A DNA stretch of 64,000 nt, taken from positions 37,707-101,706 of IMG/VR virus record IMGVR_UViG_3300025674_000021. The stretch is one strand, 5' to 3'. The position numbers were made by a program, and so were the translations under genes. This stretch comes from a virus. Under the pieces are notes generated by a model, which saw nothing but the letters and a program-made list of their open reading frames with translations, was not told where the DNA came from and did no database searches. This document shows, in pieces, positions 63,388 through 64,000 of this stretch; position 1 is the stretch's first letter; each line of letters starts with the position of its first letter.

Positions 63388-63495
63388 GGTCAGGGAGGCA
63401 AAACAGTAAGAGGGATCGACAAACAGATCTCCGCCTCCTTTGACTGCGGTGGTCCCCTTAGATGGGTTCAGGACTAGCGGCGACAGGAACCCATC
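63388..63495 (+). ncRNA. Structured leader RNA (long hairpin plus pseudoknot)
   Basis: GGTCAGGGAGGC/GCCTCCTTTGACT stem; crossing TGGTCC/GGACTA and GATGGGTTC/GAACCCATC stems. Confidence 0.5.
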
Positions 63496-63500
63496 GCCAT

Positions 63501-63577
63501 GTCTCAGTAGCTCAGTGGAACAGAGCAACCGCCTTCTAAGCGGTCGGTCGTTGGTTCGAATCCAACCTGAGACGCCA
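63501..63577 (+). tRNA. tRNA-Arg(TCT)
   Basis: GTCTCAG/CTGAGAC acceptor, ACCGC-CTTCTAA-GCGGT, encoded CCA. Confidence 0.95.
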
Positions 63578-63650
63578 GGGGAATTAGCTCAGCCGGTAGA
63601 GCACCTGCTTTGCAAGCAGGCTGTCAGCGGTTCGAGTCCGCTATTCTCCA
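63578..63650 (+). tRNA. tRNA-Ala(TGC)
   Basis: GGGGAAT/ATTCTCC acceptor with G3:U70, CCTGC-TTTGCAA-GCAGG. Confidence 0.95.
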
Positions 63651-63653
63651 CTC

Positions 63654-63727
63654 GCTACTTTAGCTCAGCTGGATAGAGTATCTGACTTCTAATCAGTTTG
63701 TCGGGGGTTCGAGTCCCTCCTTGCCTG
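63654..63727 (+). pseudogene. Chimeric pseudo-tRNA (TCT in anticodon position, unpaired acceptor stem)
   Basis: D-arm and T-arm present, but 5' GCTACTT cannot pair with 3' CTTGCCT. Confidence 0.7.
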
Positions 63728-63728
63728 T

Positions 63729-63810
63729 TGGAGTTTATCTCCATATATAAAAGTGATAGAGGGTAAGTCCCTGTTATATCCTTATGAGGTATATCACACT
63801 TACTCCATCA
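63729..63810 (+). ncRNA. Structured inter-tRNA spacer RNA
   Basis: TGGAG/CTCCA hairpin and a long interrupted stem TGATAGAGGGTAAGT/ACTTACTCCATCA. Confidence 0.4.
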
Positions 63811-63811
63811 T

Positions 63812-63883
63812 TCCCCTGTGGCGCAGCGGTAGCGCGAGAAACTGTTAATTTCCAGGTCACAAGTTCGAATCTTGTCGGGGGAG
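63812..63883 (+). tRNA. tRNA-Asn(GTT)
   Basis: TCCCCTG/CGGGGGA acceptor, CTGTTAA loop, GTTCGAATC T-arm. Confidence 0.92.
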
Positions 63884-63886
63884 TCT

Positions 63887-63960
63887 GCCACTTTAGCTCA
63901 GCTGGATAGAGCAGGTAATTTGTAATTATCAGGTCACCCGTTCAAGTCGGGTAAGTGGCT
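63887..63960 (+). tRNA. tRNA-Thr(TGT)
   Basis: GCCACTT/AAGTGGC acceptor, GGTAA-TTTGTAA-TTATC. Confidence 0.92.
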
Positions 63961-63988
63961 TGACAAGGTTACGATCTTGTCTTATACT
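63960..63988 (+). promoter_or_regulatory. Sigma70 promoter
   Basis: TTGACA-17 nt-TATACT with an internal GACAAG/CTTGTC inverted repeat. Confidence 0.75.
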
Positions 63989-64000
63989 TCCTTTGTCCGT

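Noticed and set aside
63440-63676. 78-aa ORF in the track
   Set aside because: Overlaps tRNA genes and the structured leader

Overview
This window is a 64-kb segment of a T4-like marine cyanomyovirus (Kyanoviridae-type) genome, coded almost entirely on the + strand. In order it holds: tail and head genes (gp18-gp23, gp3); recombination and late-transcription genes (uvsY, uvsW, gp55, gp47, gp46); a CobT/CobS-like VWA + AAA pair; the replication block (gp45, gp44, gp62, regA, gp43, uvsX, gp41, gp61); mazG and nrdAB; an auxiliary-metabolism block (PTOX, gnd, a short unannotated ndhP homologue, zwf, petE); and the start of a tRNA cluster. The most notable observations are these. (1) The gp43 DNA polymerase gene is split between catalytic motifs A and B, with a 2OG-Fe(II) oxygenase gene in the break, no intein, and predicted helical tails on both fragments. 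(2) A dispersed family of late-promoter cassettes encodes modular acidic/basic proteins with T4 capsid-targeting-like N-termini, shared spacer modules and gp21-type (I/L)xE junctions. These may be protease-processed head-internal polyprotein cargo, one with an RlpA-like lytic domain. (3) Two Endo VII-like endonuclease insertions are present, one paired with a methyltransferase. (4) There are recurring promoter/terminator architectures, structured RNAs and a chimeric pseudo-tRNA. All calls come from reading motifs by eye; no database searches were run.
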